NCBI GenBank assembly: GCA_046056395.1
Contig: CM100124.1
Coordinates: 574,968 to 638,967, forward strand
Reading direction: 5' to 3'
Length of the DNA: 64,000 nucleotides
From: Mugilogobius chulae
Lineage: Eukaryota
This document shows positions 24,346 to 36,436 of the stretch, piece after piece; position 1 is the stretch's first letter; each line of letters opens with the position of its first letter. The notes beneath the pieces were generated by a model. The model was not told the DNA's origin and did no database searches. It saw only the letters and a list, made by a program, of their open reading frames with translations. Position numbers and translations under genes: made by a program.

Positions 24346-24484
24346 GAGGACTTGGGGGCGTGGCTCAGCTCCATAGGCCTGCTGCAGTATCAGAGGAGAC
24401 TTTGTGAAAACGGATACGACTCGATGGAGATCGTCAAAGACCTGAGCTGGGAGGATCTGCAGGAGATCGGCATCACCAAACTGG
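24346..24484 (+). CDS. caskin1: Caskin exon, SAM domain 2 (major part)
   Basis: aacag|GAG GAC...AAA CTG G|gtcagg; translates to [47 protein letters not shown] (Caskin1 reads [47 protein letters not shown]); phase 0 start matches the 14005 donor. Confidence 0.85.
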
Positions 24485-24739
24485 GTCAGGACTAAATACT
24501 TTACTCTGTGTATTTGTATCGTCTTACTCTACTTTACTTTGTGTATTTGTACTGTGTTGTAGCTCTAGATCGGCAGTGGCGCTTCCATTGAATCTAATGG
24601 AAGAAGCCTAAAATGTAGTTTCTGTGGTTTAGCATGGCATTGAATTAGGCTGTGAAAAGTCATGAGGCCAAAAAGTTAAACTAATTAAAATCTTTATGTT
24701 GATGTAACTTAACAATGTGAGTCAAAGATTTAAATCCTA

Positions 24740-25262
24740 GATTTTTAAGTGAAATGAAAGAGAGAGAGAGAGGAGAGAAAGAGAGAGTGAGAGAGAGAGA
24801 GAAAGAATAGAGAGAGAGTGAAGAGAGATAAGAGAAAGTAGAGAAAGAGAGAGGGAGAAGTGAGAGAAAGAAAGAGTGAAGAGAGAGGAGAAGAAAGAAG
24901 AGAGAGTGAAGAGAGAGAAAGTGAAAAGAGAGAGAGAAAGAGTGAAAAGAGAGAAAGAGGAGAGAGAAAGGAGAAGAGAAAGAAAGAGAGAGAAAGAGGA
25001 AGAGAGAGAAGAGAAAGAAAGTGAAAAGAGAGAGAAAAAAGAGTGAAAAGAGAAGAGAGAGAAGAGGAAGAGAGAAAGAAGAGAGAAAGAGTGAAGAGAG
25101 AAGAAAGAAAGAGTGAAAAAGAGAGAGAGAAGAGAAAGAGAGAGAGAGAAAAAGAGTGAAAAGAGAGAGAAAGGAGAGAGAGAGAGAGAGAGAGAGAAAA
25201 GAAAAATGAGAGAGAGGAGAGTGAAGAGAGAAGAGAGAGAGAGAAAGGGGATGGAGAGGAAA
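24740..25262 (+). repeat. GA-rich purine tract (~520 bp)
   Basis: gagagagagaggagagaaagagagagtgagag... low complexity. Confidence 0.9.
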
Positions 25263-25808
25263 GAATAGACACACATGAGTTTAATTAACTTAAACCTTTA
25301 AGGCAGACATTGTACTTATATTTTTAGTTAAACTGCCTTAAAGTTTATATCGATTAAACTCATATATGTGAGTCTGTCTGATATCTTCTTTCCTCTCTCT
25401 TTCTTTCTTTCTTACGTTTCTCTCCTTGCTCTTTTTCACTCTCTCTCTGTAGTTGAACATCTTTGACTCACAAGTTATATCAACATAAAGATTTATGTTA
25501 GTTTTTGGCCTTTGGATTTTTTTTTACAGTGTAGTTGGTTTAGCTGCAGAAATCACTTTTTTTGGTCAAAATGTCGTCTGTCAGCCGGAGAAATGGCCCG
25601 ACTTTCTTCTGTCTTTTTTGAATCCTAGTGTGAAAAAGAATCCTGATTCAGTAAAACTCCCATAAAGTTTGCTAATGGTGCTCTCCGGCGTTGAAGTCAG
25701 TGGTATCGTCCCTGCGAGGTGCATGCTGGGATAGTGAGCTCTGTTCCTCTGCTCTTTCTCTCTCAGACCTTTACTCTTCACAGCTGATAGAACCCGTGTG
25801 TGTCTGCA

Positions 25809-25955
25809 GGTCACCAGAAGAAGCTGATGTTGGCGGTGAAGCGAGTGTGTGAGCTGCACAGAGCCGCCGCTCAGGGGGAACTCTGAGGAGACGAGCCCCT
25901 GGGCCCCCGGAGTGTGAGGGGCCCCGAGTCCTCACCTCAGCTCCAGCAACGCTCA
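25809..25955 (+). CDS. caskin1: Caskin exon, end of SAM2 plus linker; in-frame TGA at 25883 as assembled, needing two 1-bp corrections to reach the next exon
   Basis: G|GT CAC CAG AAG AAG CTG ATG translates to (G)HQKKLMLAVKRVCELHRAAAQGEL*; the -1 frame gives GGTLRRRAP (Caskin1 reads EGGPLRRKAP); donor CAG|gtaaga at 25955/25956. Confidence 0.7.
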
Positions 25956-27834
25956 GGTAAGAGACATATTAACCATCAGAAACAGTTTAAACAGCTCATA
26001 CTCCAGCAGCAGGTAACAAACGTATAAAACAGTTTAAACAGATACAGTCACTGTAGATTAGAACTGGGCACAGAAAAACGTTTCCTATTTGAAACCGACA
26101 GAAAACGTTAGAGAAATACTGGAGCTGAAAACATAATGTCGTTTCTGTGCCATTTTTTGGATCCTTGACTTTAAATCTCTGCGTCAATAAGCAGACACAG
26201 AAACACCACATTGCCACATGGCGCTCTATAGAGGGATTTTTTGTTTCTCAACACGGCCGTTGCACACACTCAACCTACAGAAAGAGCCGCCGCTCACAGA
26301 CACAAACAGTGAAACAAGTGTAAAAAGCTCTGTTGTCAGTAACTACAAGAGTTTATCTGTGAGAAAACTAAAGTTCTGCTGCTAAATCAACATTTGTGAA
26401 TGAAACTCCACCTTCGACCCTTAAAAGTGACATTCAGTCTGTCAGACCGGTTCAGACCTGATCCAAACAGCTGAGAGCAGACTGTGGCCTTGTTTTATTC
26501 AAACTAGTTTCCCCAGCTAAGCAGATGGACAGCGGCTCTTTCTGTATAACACATGCGCAGTAGAGGAAAGTGACGTCGACTGAAAATACGTGTGTTGTAA
26601 ATATAGTTTGACAAAAGTAACATTATTAAAGAGAAACTAAACTCAGAATCCACTTTTTTTCACTGTCAGACTGTGTATATGTGGTCAAAATTGAATTATC
26701 TACTGTTTCCAGGCCTTTTTTGGACATTTTTGTGCAAACTCGCTCATTTTGGAGTTATGTGTGCAAAACCACGACTGTACTGCCGATGGCAAACTCTGTC
26801 ACTGCATTTTCAGTACCCGCTGACGTCACAGTGTATTGACGAGGCAGACGAGCCGCCCAGATGATTTATCTAAACTCCTCCCTCTGACAACGCTGCGTAT
26901 TGACATCAGCCTCATGTGGCTCAGTTTGTTGAGCGAGTGGTGCGTTGTGCCACCACAAGTTCAAAGATGCGCTGGTTCGAAACTCGTGCCTGTGTTTTTT
27001 CATTTTTAGAAAATACTCACATAACAGGCTCATGTGCTTATGTAACGGCCTAAAGAAAAGGTTTCATACGTATGATTTGCAAAGCAAAAATAAAAAATCT
27101 TTACGTGTAAGCAAAGACTTGGTTCTGTTGCTGTACAGCTCTCTCAAATCTCACGTCAGGACCAGGACCACTGTTCATATTTGGTGCTGTCAATCAATGA
27201 CTGTTCACATCCACTGGGCGTCTCTTAAAAGTCCTCCGGGCATCTCCCACTTTTGCGAGTCTGTTTGAGGTTCAGTTGTGGGCGGAGTTAGTCTCTGAAA
27301 GCGTGTTTAGCCTCACTTTAAAGGCTGAAAAATTATTTTAGTCTTATATTTAACAGAACCGTTAAAGAACCAGTCTCGAAAACCTAGTACTGTTAAAGTA
27401 TCGGAAAAAAAATCTAAGGGTAACCAGCCCTAGTATTCTCCATATTCAGTTTTTGCAAATCTTCAAAATAATATTCACAACATGATCTATAAATTGATAA
27501 ATTGCATAGTTTCAGCTCAGAAGTAAATCCCTAAAAAAAACACAACTCATGACTCTTAAAGTTGTTGTAAGGAAGCAGAGTTTGCAGCTCTGATCACAAA
27601 CACTGGTGGTGGTTCCTCAAGGCTGCGTCTTGGAGCCACAGATGTTTTAAAGTAAATAACATGTTCCATATGTTAAAGCAGAAAATACTGTGGATTTTTT
27701 TATTAGACCTTAGAGATGAACCTGTGTTTCCAGACTCTGTAAATGTGGAGCTTTAGACCATGTTGTGTTTTATATTTAAATAACGAGACAGTTCTATAAC
27801 TCCAGTCACATGATTAAACCTTGTGTTTCTTCAG

Positions 27835-28547
27835 GACGGAGACTTGAGCGCTGAGATTCCCTGTGCTCTCTCTCGACCCGGAGAGTCTCTCAGTCTGAGT
27901 CTGTCCCACAGCGATGAGAGCCTGGCCGAGCGCTCCCGAGGGTCCGGACGCTCTCAGGACACGCCCCAGGACACGCCCCTGGACCCGCCCACAGACCTGC
28001 CCGAGTCCAGAGACCAGACCCGGACCAAACACGTCCCTCAAGGCACCGCCACGGTCTTCAAGTACCCGGCCATCCCAGCGAAGCCAAGAGTGTGTGGGTC
28101 TCCTCATGGCCCCGCCTCTTCTCCACGTGGTCCCGCCTCTTCTCCCCGTGGCCCCGCCTCCTCCCCCCGTGGCCCCGCCCTCCTGAAGCAGGCGCAGGTG
28201 TCCCGGGGCTCTCTGTCGGACGGAGAACAGGGCGAGGATGAGGAGGAGACGGTTCTTCCTCCATCCTACGCCACACTGAGCCGCCGCCGCTCGCAGAGAG
28301 GCGCTCCCGGAGGTGGCGAGGGGGAGCGCGTGGGGCGGAGCCAGTCCTTCGCCATCAGAGCGAGAAAGAAAGGCCCGCCCCTCCTCCACCCAAACGTCTC
28401 AGCTCCGTCAGCTCTCCGAGTGACGAGCAGAGCGACAGCAGTGTGTCCGACAGCCCGGGACGAGTACGGACCCTCGCCAAGGCCCTGGAGCCACGCCCAC
28501 AAGAGCCACGCCCTCAAGAGGCCTGTCCGCAAGAGCCACGCCCACAG
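27835..28547 (+). CDS. caskin1: Caskin exon, Pro/Ser-rich region (RSQSFAIRARKKGPP motif)
   Basis: cttcag|GAC GGA GAC; ORF 27823-28611 includes ...SPRGPASSPRGPASSPRGP...YATLSRRRSQRGAPGGGEGERVGRSQSFAIRARKKGPPLLHP (Caskin1 reads RVGRSHSVRAP...RSQSFAVRPRKKGPPPPPP); donor CACAG|gtacgc; the frame at the 3' end is inconsistent with the start, implying an indel. Confidence 0.75.
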
Positions 28548-28722
28548 GTACGCTCACACCTGCTTTAGCCACGCCCACAGGTACGCTCACACCTGCTTTA
28601 GTCCGGGTTAGATCTGGATTAGACCTGGTTTAGAACTTGTACTACGAAGCTAGATTGTGCTGTTGTTGTCTTTTCCGTTCAGTCTTTAATTCTGATTGGC
28701 TGTTCCTTGTGTCCAATCACAG

Positions 28723-29660
28723 GAGGGCTCTGCAGCTGGGAGGCGGGGCCAGAGCGCTGTGACGTCAGACTCGGAGTCGGAGGAGTTACGAGCTTTGGGC
28801 GGAGCTTCACAGAGCAGCTCCAGCGAGTGCATCCCATTCGCAGAGGAAGGAAATCTCACCATCAAACAGAGACCCAAAGCCCCGCCTCCTCCCGCGCCGA
28901 AGACGTCCTGGGACTGGACCAGGACCGGACCAGGGACCAGACCAAAGAGCAGCAGCAGACCACGCCGGAGTTTAACCTGAAGGAGTCGGACACGGTGAAG
29001 CGCAGGCACAAACCCAAAGACTCCGGCGACGGTTCTCCAGGCAGAAGTCCCCAGGAACCAGACAGCGCCACGTCCAGTCTGGAGGAGCTCAGGGCCTTTC
29101 CTCCGAGGCCGGCCCAGGACCTAGCGGCGTCCCCGGGGTCTGTGCTGAGAGCTGCTTCTCCGCTCAGGGCTGGTTCTCCGCTCAGGGCTGGCTCTCCGCT
29201 CCGGTTTGAGTCGTCCCTCAGACCTGGATCTCCGCTCAGACCTGCCCCGGATCGAGCCTCTTCTCCCGGTTCTCCGCTCCGGTTCGAGTCCTCCCTCAGA
29301 CCCGGTTCTCCGCTCAGACCTGCCCCGGACCGAGCCTCTTCTCCCGGTTCTCCGCTCCGGTTCGACTCCACCCTCAGACCTGGATCTCCGCTCAGAGTTG
29401 CCCAGGACAGAGCTGCGTCTCCAGGTTCTCCGCTCCGGTTCGACTCCACCCTCAGACCTGGTTCTCCGCTCAGAGCTGCCCAGGACAGAGCTGCGTCTCC
29501 GGGGTCTCTGCTGCGGCCGAGCCCCTCTTCAGACCCGGCTCTCCTGGTTCTCCCGGCTCTCTTGGTTCTCCCGGTTCTCCTGGTTCTCTGCACAGGCCTT
29601 GTCTCTCTCCCAAACCTGCCGTGGCGCCTAAACCTGTGCGCCAGAGTCTGCTCAGTCAAG
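28723..29660 (+). CDS. caskin1: Caskin exon, Pro-rich region with ESDTVKRR motif and a 20-aa SPLR coding tandem repeat; frame changes twice within the exon as assembled
   Basis: cacag|GAGGGCTCT; three successive frames read EGSAAGRRGQSAVTSDSESEELRALGG, then FNLKESDTVKRRHKPKD...(GSPLRFESSLRPGSPLRPAPDRASSP) x5, then SPKPAVAPKPVRQSLLSQ|gtcaga (Caskin1 reads ILTESDTVKRRPKAKE; PPVSPKPVLTQPVPK). Confidence 0.75.
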
Positions 29661-30844
29661 GTCAGAACCTCTGTCTCTTGTTTCATGTGGTATTTTTCTT
29701 TTAGATCTGATGCAAGTGCGTAAACACAGACAAGCCTTTGAACAGAAAAAGTACAAGAGCAAAGAATGAAACCCTGACCTGCAGAAACGTCCAGAGCTGA
29801 GGCTGCGTCAGCTCAGCTTCTGCAGGATTCAAGCTGCCTAAAGTTTTGTAATGGTGTTTGAAGTTGGTCGCGTGTGGTTGTCTGTTCTGAGAAGCGACCA
29901 ACCTCCAGCATTCAAGCGTGACTGCAGCGCATTCATGTCACTATAATATCTGTGACGCTGTCTGTTGCTGCTGAGTCGTTCGTTGTCAAATGGTCGAGTG
30001 AACAGCGCGCCTGATTTTAATATGGACAGACCACAGGTGCGCGTGTTCAAGTCCAACCACAAAGTAACGGTAGTAAAAACACACACGTTTTACTTTTATA
30101 ACCATTGCTTTCATTACAAATACACAATATAATTATTTGAAAACATAAAACTCTATGGGCCTTGTTCAGTTGTGGTAAGTCCTTTTTACGTTGCAGAGAT
30201 GCATTTATTTTGTCGTGTACATAAAGTTTATTTGTTGTATTTTATAGAAAAGGTCAAAAATCATAGAATTACATTTATTAAGGACACTGTCAGTGAAAAA
30301 GGACGTGAGGATTTCCTGGATTAAACTTTGTGGAGCCACAGGGTCACAGTCACATGTTCCAGGGTCTTTTATGCTTCTGAGGTTTAAAGGAAAGCTGCAG
30401 CACTGGTCGTTCTGTTCACTCTCTCTCTTCTTTAACACTGGTCGCGCTGAGACGCTCGTTTGCACCTTTTGCTGTTTCACGCTGCACCGCTTTACCCGCG
30501 CGTTAATGCACCTCCTCCGAGGTTTAGCTAGGGCTGTGCAATTAACCGAATTTCAATTTCAATTCTGATTTTTGCTGTAACCGTTTACAAAAATAGTGTA
30601 ATCGAGTAATCAGGATTATTAACCATGACTCATAAGTAAGTTTGTAAGCACTCAGCTATTTTCTTGAGTTGTAAAAGTTGGACCTAGACTGTTTCTTACA
30701 ATTGTAGAATATATTTACAAAGATATCTCACCCCTTTCTTTGATTTCTTCACTCTCTGCACGGAGCGCTAATGCTCTGGATTTCTAAGCAAAAATAAGCT
30801 CTTCTTTAAATAACCATGATTACTATTTTTATCATAATCGAGCA

Positions 30845-31212
30845 GCTAAGGTTAAGGTTAAGGTTAAGGTTAAGGTACACTTTATTGTCCCCATAGGGAA
30901 ATTTGTCCTCTGCATTTGACCCATCCTTCAATGCCTCTGGGGCATCTCCTCAGGAGCAGTGATCGCCGCAGTGCAGCGCTCGGGGACCCATCTCCAGGTG
31001 TTGTTGCTAGGCTTGGTCAGGACTACCGTAGCTGGAGGATATTACCCTAACATGCATGTTATTGGTTGATGAGGGAAACCGGAGTGCCCGGAGGAAACCC
31101 ACCTAGACACGGGGAGAAACATGCAAACTCCACACAGAAAGGCCCGGGCCTGTGCGGGAATCGAACCCGCGACCTTCTTGCTGTGAGGCAAGAGCGCTAA
31201 CCACTCTGCCAC
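30845..31212 (-). mobile_element. tRNA-derived SINE, copy 1
   Basis: reverse complement reads gtggcagagtggttagcgctcttgcctcacagcaagaaggtcgcgggttcgattcccgcacaggcccgg (A box TGGCAGAGTGG, B box GGTTCGATTCC), then ...gtgtggagtttgcatgtttctccccgtgtctaggtgggtttcctccgggcactccggtttcc..., with an (AAGGTT)n tail at 30843-30878. Confidence 0.8.
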
Positions 31213-32665
31213 TGTGCAGCTCTAGGTTTAGTTTGCGCGGTGGCGTTATGTGTGAACGCACCGTCAGACTCTGGTGATGTGACCTGGTCCCAAACAGAGA
31301 CTTTAGGGCAAAGCAAACACTCAAGGCCAAGACTAGGACCAAGATTAGGACCAGTGAGTTTAGGAAATGATCACATGACCTCTGACAGAACTGATGCTCG
31401 GTCTAAACGTCTGATACTTTACTGATTTTTTACATCTATGATCGTCTCATTTGTGTTGCTTTGTAGCAATTGAGAAAAACAAAATGATGTCACGTGATTG
31501 ATCTTAAATAACATATTTATATTTTATTTATTTATTTATTTAGGAAAAAGGGGGAACAATGCATATTAATGAACATTCAAACAAATGTAAATATGCTAGA
31601 TTGTAGCAGAGGCTAATTCCATCTGCAGTCCCCTTTGGCAGGTTGATGTTAAAAGAATAAAACACAGACTATTTACAGTTGGACAAACACAAACAAGCAA
31701 GACCGGGGCAATGGAAACAGTAGACAAAAAGTTAACTTAGAGGGATAAGAAAGACAGTTTAACAGTATTGCACATGCTCCTCCTGCCCAGACCTCCAAGT
31801 CACACAAAACTATCCATATTGCACAAACGCCCATTGCACAGATCCCCATTACTCATTGCACCAGTTTCTATTGCACTATCCAACATTGCACAAAACCCTA
31901 TTGCACTACGTCATATTGCACTACGTCATATTGCACTACGTCATATTGCACAAACTCATATTGCACAACCATATTACACTGATCTTTTCAATCCAGGTTC
32001 TAGGGAGAAATAAAACACTTAAAGGGGCACTGTGTAAGAAAAACAAACAAACAAAGTGATTTCCACTTTTGAACACTAGAGGGAGCCTTTCACATGCATT
32101 TTGCCTATTAAGCATGATGCCATCTAGCGTCAATAATCCACATTCCTGCCGTAATAAAACATTTCAAATACGTATAAATGTATCACAGTTGATGTGGATT
32201 GGTTAACAGTGTCTCTGAAGTATTCATGTTGTAAAGAATAAATATGATTTAAATGTTTGTGGACTATATGTGATCATTAAAATTCCTCTCAATCTTACAC
32301 AGTACAGCCCCTTTAATGATCACATGCTTGTGTGTTTCTCAGCCATAGTTTCAGATGCTTCTTAAAGGCAGTGAAGCTTGTACTTTCCCTCACAGAAAGT
32401 GGGAGACTGTTCCAGAAGGTGACCCCCTGATATGACAGGACATTTTGAGTTCACATTATGAGTTCACAGTCGCCTCTGACAGTGGCTCGAGTAACTCGGG
32501 ATCCAGCTTCACTGACAGACTTTTGTTTAATAAAATCATTCAGTGGTGGAGGTGCCAAACCGTGTACCATTTTATAGATCAAACATGCAGCTTTAAATAA
32601 AATATTCACGGAACAGTCCAAAGAAAACACATTCTGACGTATAAAACTGTTGTTCTGCTCCTCAG

Positions 32666-32900
32666 GCTCCGGCCGCTCGTCTCCAGGTCTGTCTGTGTCC
32701 GTGCTCCAGAGCGTGGCCTTCTCCTCGCCCCCCCGCTGCCTAAGCCCCGCCCTCAGCCCCGCCCGCTCCCCCTCCCGCAGTCACATGACCTCTCCGGGGT
32801 CACATGACTCTGAGGTGCAGCTGCGACTGGATCAGACCAGTGTGAGTCTGGAGGCGGCTCTGCAGGACGTGGAGCGCAGCCTGGAGCGGCAAACGGACTG
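32666..32900 (+). CDS. caskin1: Caskin exon (penultimate)
   Basis: ctcag|GC TCC GGC translates to (G)SGRSSPGLSVSVLQSVAFSSPPRCLSPALSPARSPSRSHMTSPGSHDSEVQLRLDQTSVSLEAALQDVERSLERQTD; phase 1 start matches the 29660 donor (G|GC); donor GGACTG|gtaata; the end phase mismatches the last exon by 1 nt. Confidence 0.7.
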
Positions 32901-33300
32901 GTAATAACCGGTTATTCATGTTTATTAAGCTCTTATTCATGTGTAACAAGCCTGGAGCGGCAAACGGACTGGTAAGAACTGGTTATTCATGTTTATTAAG
33001 GTTTATTCATGTGTTACAAGCCTGGAGCGGCAAACGGACTGGTAAGAGCCTGTTATTCATGTTTATTAAGGTCTTATTCATGTGTAACAAGCCTGGAGCG
33101 ACAGACCGACAGGTAATAACCGGTTATTCATGTTTATTAAGCTCTTATTCATGTGTAACAAGCCTGGAGCGACAAACGGACTGGTAATAATCTGTTATTC
33201 ATGTTTATTAAGCTCTTATTCATGTGTAACAAGCCTGGAGCGGCAAACCGACTGGTAAGAGACCCTTATTCATGTGTTATTAAGGTCTTATTCATGTGTA
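32878..33300 (+). repeat. ~70-bp tandem repeat, 6 copies, unit = last 21 nt of the exon + GT donor + ~45 nt of intron
   Basis: cctggagcggcaaacggactg|gtaa(t/g)a(a/g)c.ggttattcatgtttattaag(c/g)tcttattcatgtgtaacaag recurs at ~32878, 32951, 33021, 33092, 33163, 33229. Confidence 0.9.
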
Positions 33301-33775
33301 AAAGTACTGGCACTATTTTATTTATTGAACCTTTATTTTACCAGGAGGTCCCTTGAGATAAAACTTGGACAGAACAATTCAGTGAAACATTTAAACCATG
33401 ATAAACATATATATAAAGAAAAGTAAAGTATCCAGCTCAAGAATGACATTTAAAAGTTTCAATGAAGACATTTTTAAGAAGAAACTTCAAAATAGTCAGT
33501 ACCAGAAGTTTTAAAGGTTTCTGAATGTTGTTTCAAACCCAGGGAGCTGCCGTTCAGCCCAGTTCAGTGTTAATCAACTTAAACAGAAGCTACTGTGAAG
33601 AACGAGAGTTATATCCAGTGTTCGCTGGAGTCAGGAGCTGCACATGTCTGAGGCAGTTTATCCATTATGGCTTTATATATAAAAATAAGCCAGTGCTGTT
33701 GTGTTCTGAGGCTCTAAGGCAGGAGACCAGAGCAGCTCACAGGGGTGGGTCCTGAACAGTGCGTTTGTAATAAAT

Positions 33776-34800
33776 AGGGATGTCAAGATTAGGTTTTTCA
33801 ATAATCGTGAATATTTTCCCCCACGGTAGGTTATTCGTGGAATTTTTACAACTCACAGTAAACCGCAAACACGTCTTTTACGTCTTCTGTGACGTGTGTG
33901 GGCAGCGCCAGCGGAGAACAGCGTGTGTGTCGTCAACTCACCGCTAAGGCTGCTGAAGTTAGTGCTTCAGGAGTTGTATCCATCCAAATAATCAAGTCAG
34001 AAGATGTTTAAAGATGACCAGGGCTTTGTGCGGCTGAAGAGTGTCCAATATGTAAAACGTGTCATTGAAAAGCTGCCGCTAAAAGTGCTAACACATCCAA
34101 CATGATCCAGCATCTTCGATACGATCGTCCCTCGCTGTTGGTCTAAGTAAAGGTAAAGAAACAACGTAAATCCTTTAAACGAAGCGCTCCAGAGAGAATC
34201 ACACAGCTCACGGCAAAAATAAACAGTATTTATGCTTCATTTGACATAAACTCTGATCTGAAAGTAAAACTAAAGCAGAGACGCTGCAGACGTCATGACG
34301 ACGCTGGAAAACAAAACGTGTGGATGACGTCACCTTCATGAGTCACGTGACAGATATCACACATAATATATTATTAGTTATTAGGGATGGGACGAGATCT
34401 CGCGGCACGAGATCTCGTCCCATCCCTATTAGTTATTAATGAATCTCTACTTGTAAGTATATTGAGAATATCAAAGCAATCATTAAAGAGACAATAATGT
34501 AAGAAAAAAAAAAATAGCTGATTAAAATTTTGTTTAAAACATAAAATTATTATATATTTTTTTCAAAGGGTAATTATTTAAATAATTGTATTTATTATTT
34601 TTATTCTAGGCTACATTATATTTATGAAATACAATCAGTGTATTGTCACTGTCAGCAAATCAAATACCAATAATTTAGATTTTAAAAATATATATGTGTT
34701 TATATTTTCTTTATGCCGATAACTGTGAATAATCTCAAAATCGTGATTTTTCCTTTTGCTATAATCGTGATTCTAAATTTGATATCGTGGCATCCCATAA
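33776..34800. mobile_element. DNA-transposon relic with TIR AGGGATG...; contains a perfect 45-nt palindrome at 34369-34413
   Basis: 33776 agggatgtcaagatta matches the reverse complement of 34783-34800 atcgtggcatcccat; internal agggatgggacgagatctcg-cggca-cgagatctcgtcccatccct. Confidence 0.5.
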
Positions 34801-35324
34801 GTCACTGTGATAAACTGTGTCCATGTTCAGGACTGAGGAAGCTGCGTTCAGATAAATAATGTGACTAATGTGGTATAAATGTGTAATAGTCTTGGAGGAA
34901 GAAAAACACAATGAGTTTGTTCTCTGGTTTATTTAGGTTTGCACTTCTGCAGAGCTGAACTTTACTCATGCGCACATGCAGCGCATGAATGTGCACGCTG
35001 AGTTAAAGCCGGCCGACTGTAGAGTCCAAATGTTTGTCGACTCAATTCTGAGATGAGTTCACGAGCGCTGAGTCGTGTAAATCAAGTAAGAATGTGGACA
35101 GTAGTTGTTTAAGTTAGAGAGTTTTTCTTTGGCCGATGTCGATGTGATTTTCCTATATTACTGTTAAAAGTGTCGCTGTGGTGAGATGGTAAAACCTAAA
35201 CTCTTCTTCCCCCAGGGACGTGTCTCTTTCACACAATGTAATGACGCTCAATTATGTTTTGGTCAAAGAAACATTTCATTTCCTAATTTTGACAAAAAAC
35301 AAACACGTAACGCAACAAAGTCAC

Positions 35325-36185
35325 AGAATAATGGTGCGTTCCAGGCAACTGGGAACTGGTATATGTCCCACCTCCCACTTGTAAAAATGCGCTGTAACGC
35401 CACTCGAACTGGTTAATCCCACTTGTGAACTGGGACCTGGTCGAGGAAGCCCCACTTCACATACGAGCTCAACAATAACCACAATACATTTATTTGAGGG
35501 GTTTAACTGATGCAAAAACAATGTAAACATTGATTACAGGTTATTTACCGTTACTTTTGTTTAGCCTAAGGGTTAGCATTAACCATAATGTTTACATACG
35601 AGTTGATTACGTTGGAACGCTCTGAAGTGGGAACTGGTATTTTTCAAGTGAGAAATGTCCCAGTTCCCAGTTGCCTGGAACACAGCGTAAGAATAAAACT
35701 TAAAGGTTGTCTGGAGGATTTTTCAAATCCAACAGCTGTTTGCTGTTTTTCAAATGATGCACATGTGTTTCTCCTCTTCACTGTAACTGGACCAATGAGT
35801 TACTTATGCTGCGTTCCAGGCAACTGGGAACTGGGACATTTCTCACTTGAAAAATACCAGTTCCCACTTCAGAGCGTTCCAACGTAATCAACTCATATGT
35901 AAACATTATGGCTAATGCTAACCTTTAGGCTAAACAAAAGTAACGGCAAATAACCTGTAATCAATGTTTACATTGTTTTTGCGTCAGTTAAACCCCTCAA
36001 ATAAATGTATTGTGGTTATTGTTGAACTCGTATGTGAAGTGGGGCTTCCTCGACCAGGTTCCCAGTTCACAAGTGGGATTAACCAGTTCGAGTGGCGTTA
36101 CAGCGCATTTTTACAAGTGGGAGGTGGACATATACCAGTTCCCAGTTGCCTGGAACGCACCATTAGGAACACTGAGGGTTTGCTT
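35325..36185. mobile_element. foldback element: two ~380-bp arms in inverted orientation around a ~100-bp spacer
   Basis: 35330-35700 is the reverse complement of 35805-36180 (for example gcgttccaggcaactgggaactggtatatgtcccacctcccacttgtaaaaatgcgctgtaacgccactcgaactgg matches the reverse complement of ccagttcgagtggcgttacagcgcatttttacaagtgggaggtggacatataccagttcccagttgcctggaacgc). Confidence 0.85.
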
Positions 36186-36436
36186 GACAGGTTAACAGGT
36201 CAACGTTTTACTGGCCTCATCATGTCCACAGTTTATATATTTTTATAATGTTGTTTTTTATTTAGCATCAGTACAAGACTGTTACAAATCTATGCAACTG
36301 TTTTTGACCAAGACTGACAACAAACTATTTTTGAATATCCTCCATACAACCTTTAAAGAAATGTTCATGATAAGATCAAAACTGCAGAACTCTGACAACT
36401 GTCCAATCCTAAACTGTCTGTGTTTGTGTTTATCAG

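Noticed and set aside
23957-24376. ORF 23957-24376 (139 aa) and ORF 62492-62851 (119 aa)
   Set aside because: Read-through of the acceptor-side junction repeats; only the last unit is real exon.
24681-25276. Minus-strand ORFs encoding SLSLS/FLSL proteins
   Set aside because: Translation of the complement of the GA-rich simple repeat.
25883-25885. In-frame TGA directly after the SAM2 domain, read as a genuine truncated caskin isoform terminator
   Set aside because: The conserved downstream motif (GGTLRRRAP) is present one frame over and further conserved exons follow. The same -1 pattern recurs in mvp and elsewhere, so an assembly indel is far more parsimonious.
29690-29770. Possible alternative terminal micro-exon (ttttag|ATCTGATGCAAGTGCGTAAACACAGACAAGCCTTTGAACAGAAAAAGTACAAGAGCAAAGAATGA)
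   Set aside because: The frame is open and basic, but I cannot recall any known Caskin feature that matches it. It is most likely chance.
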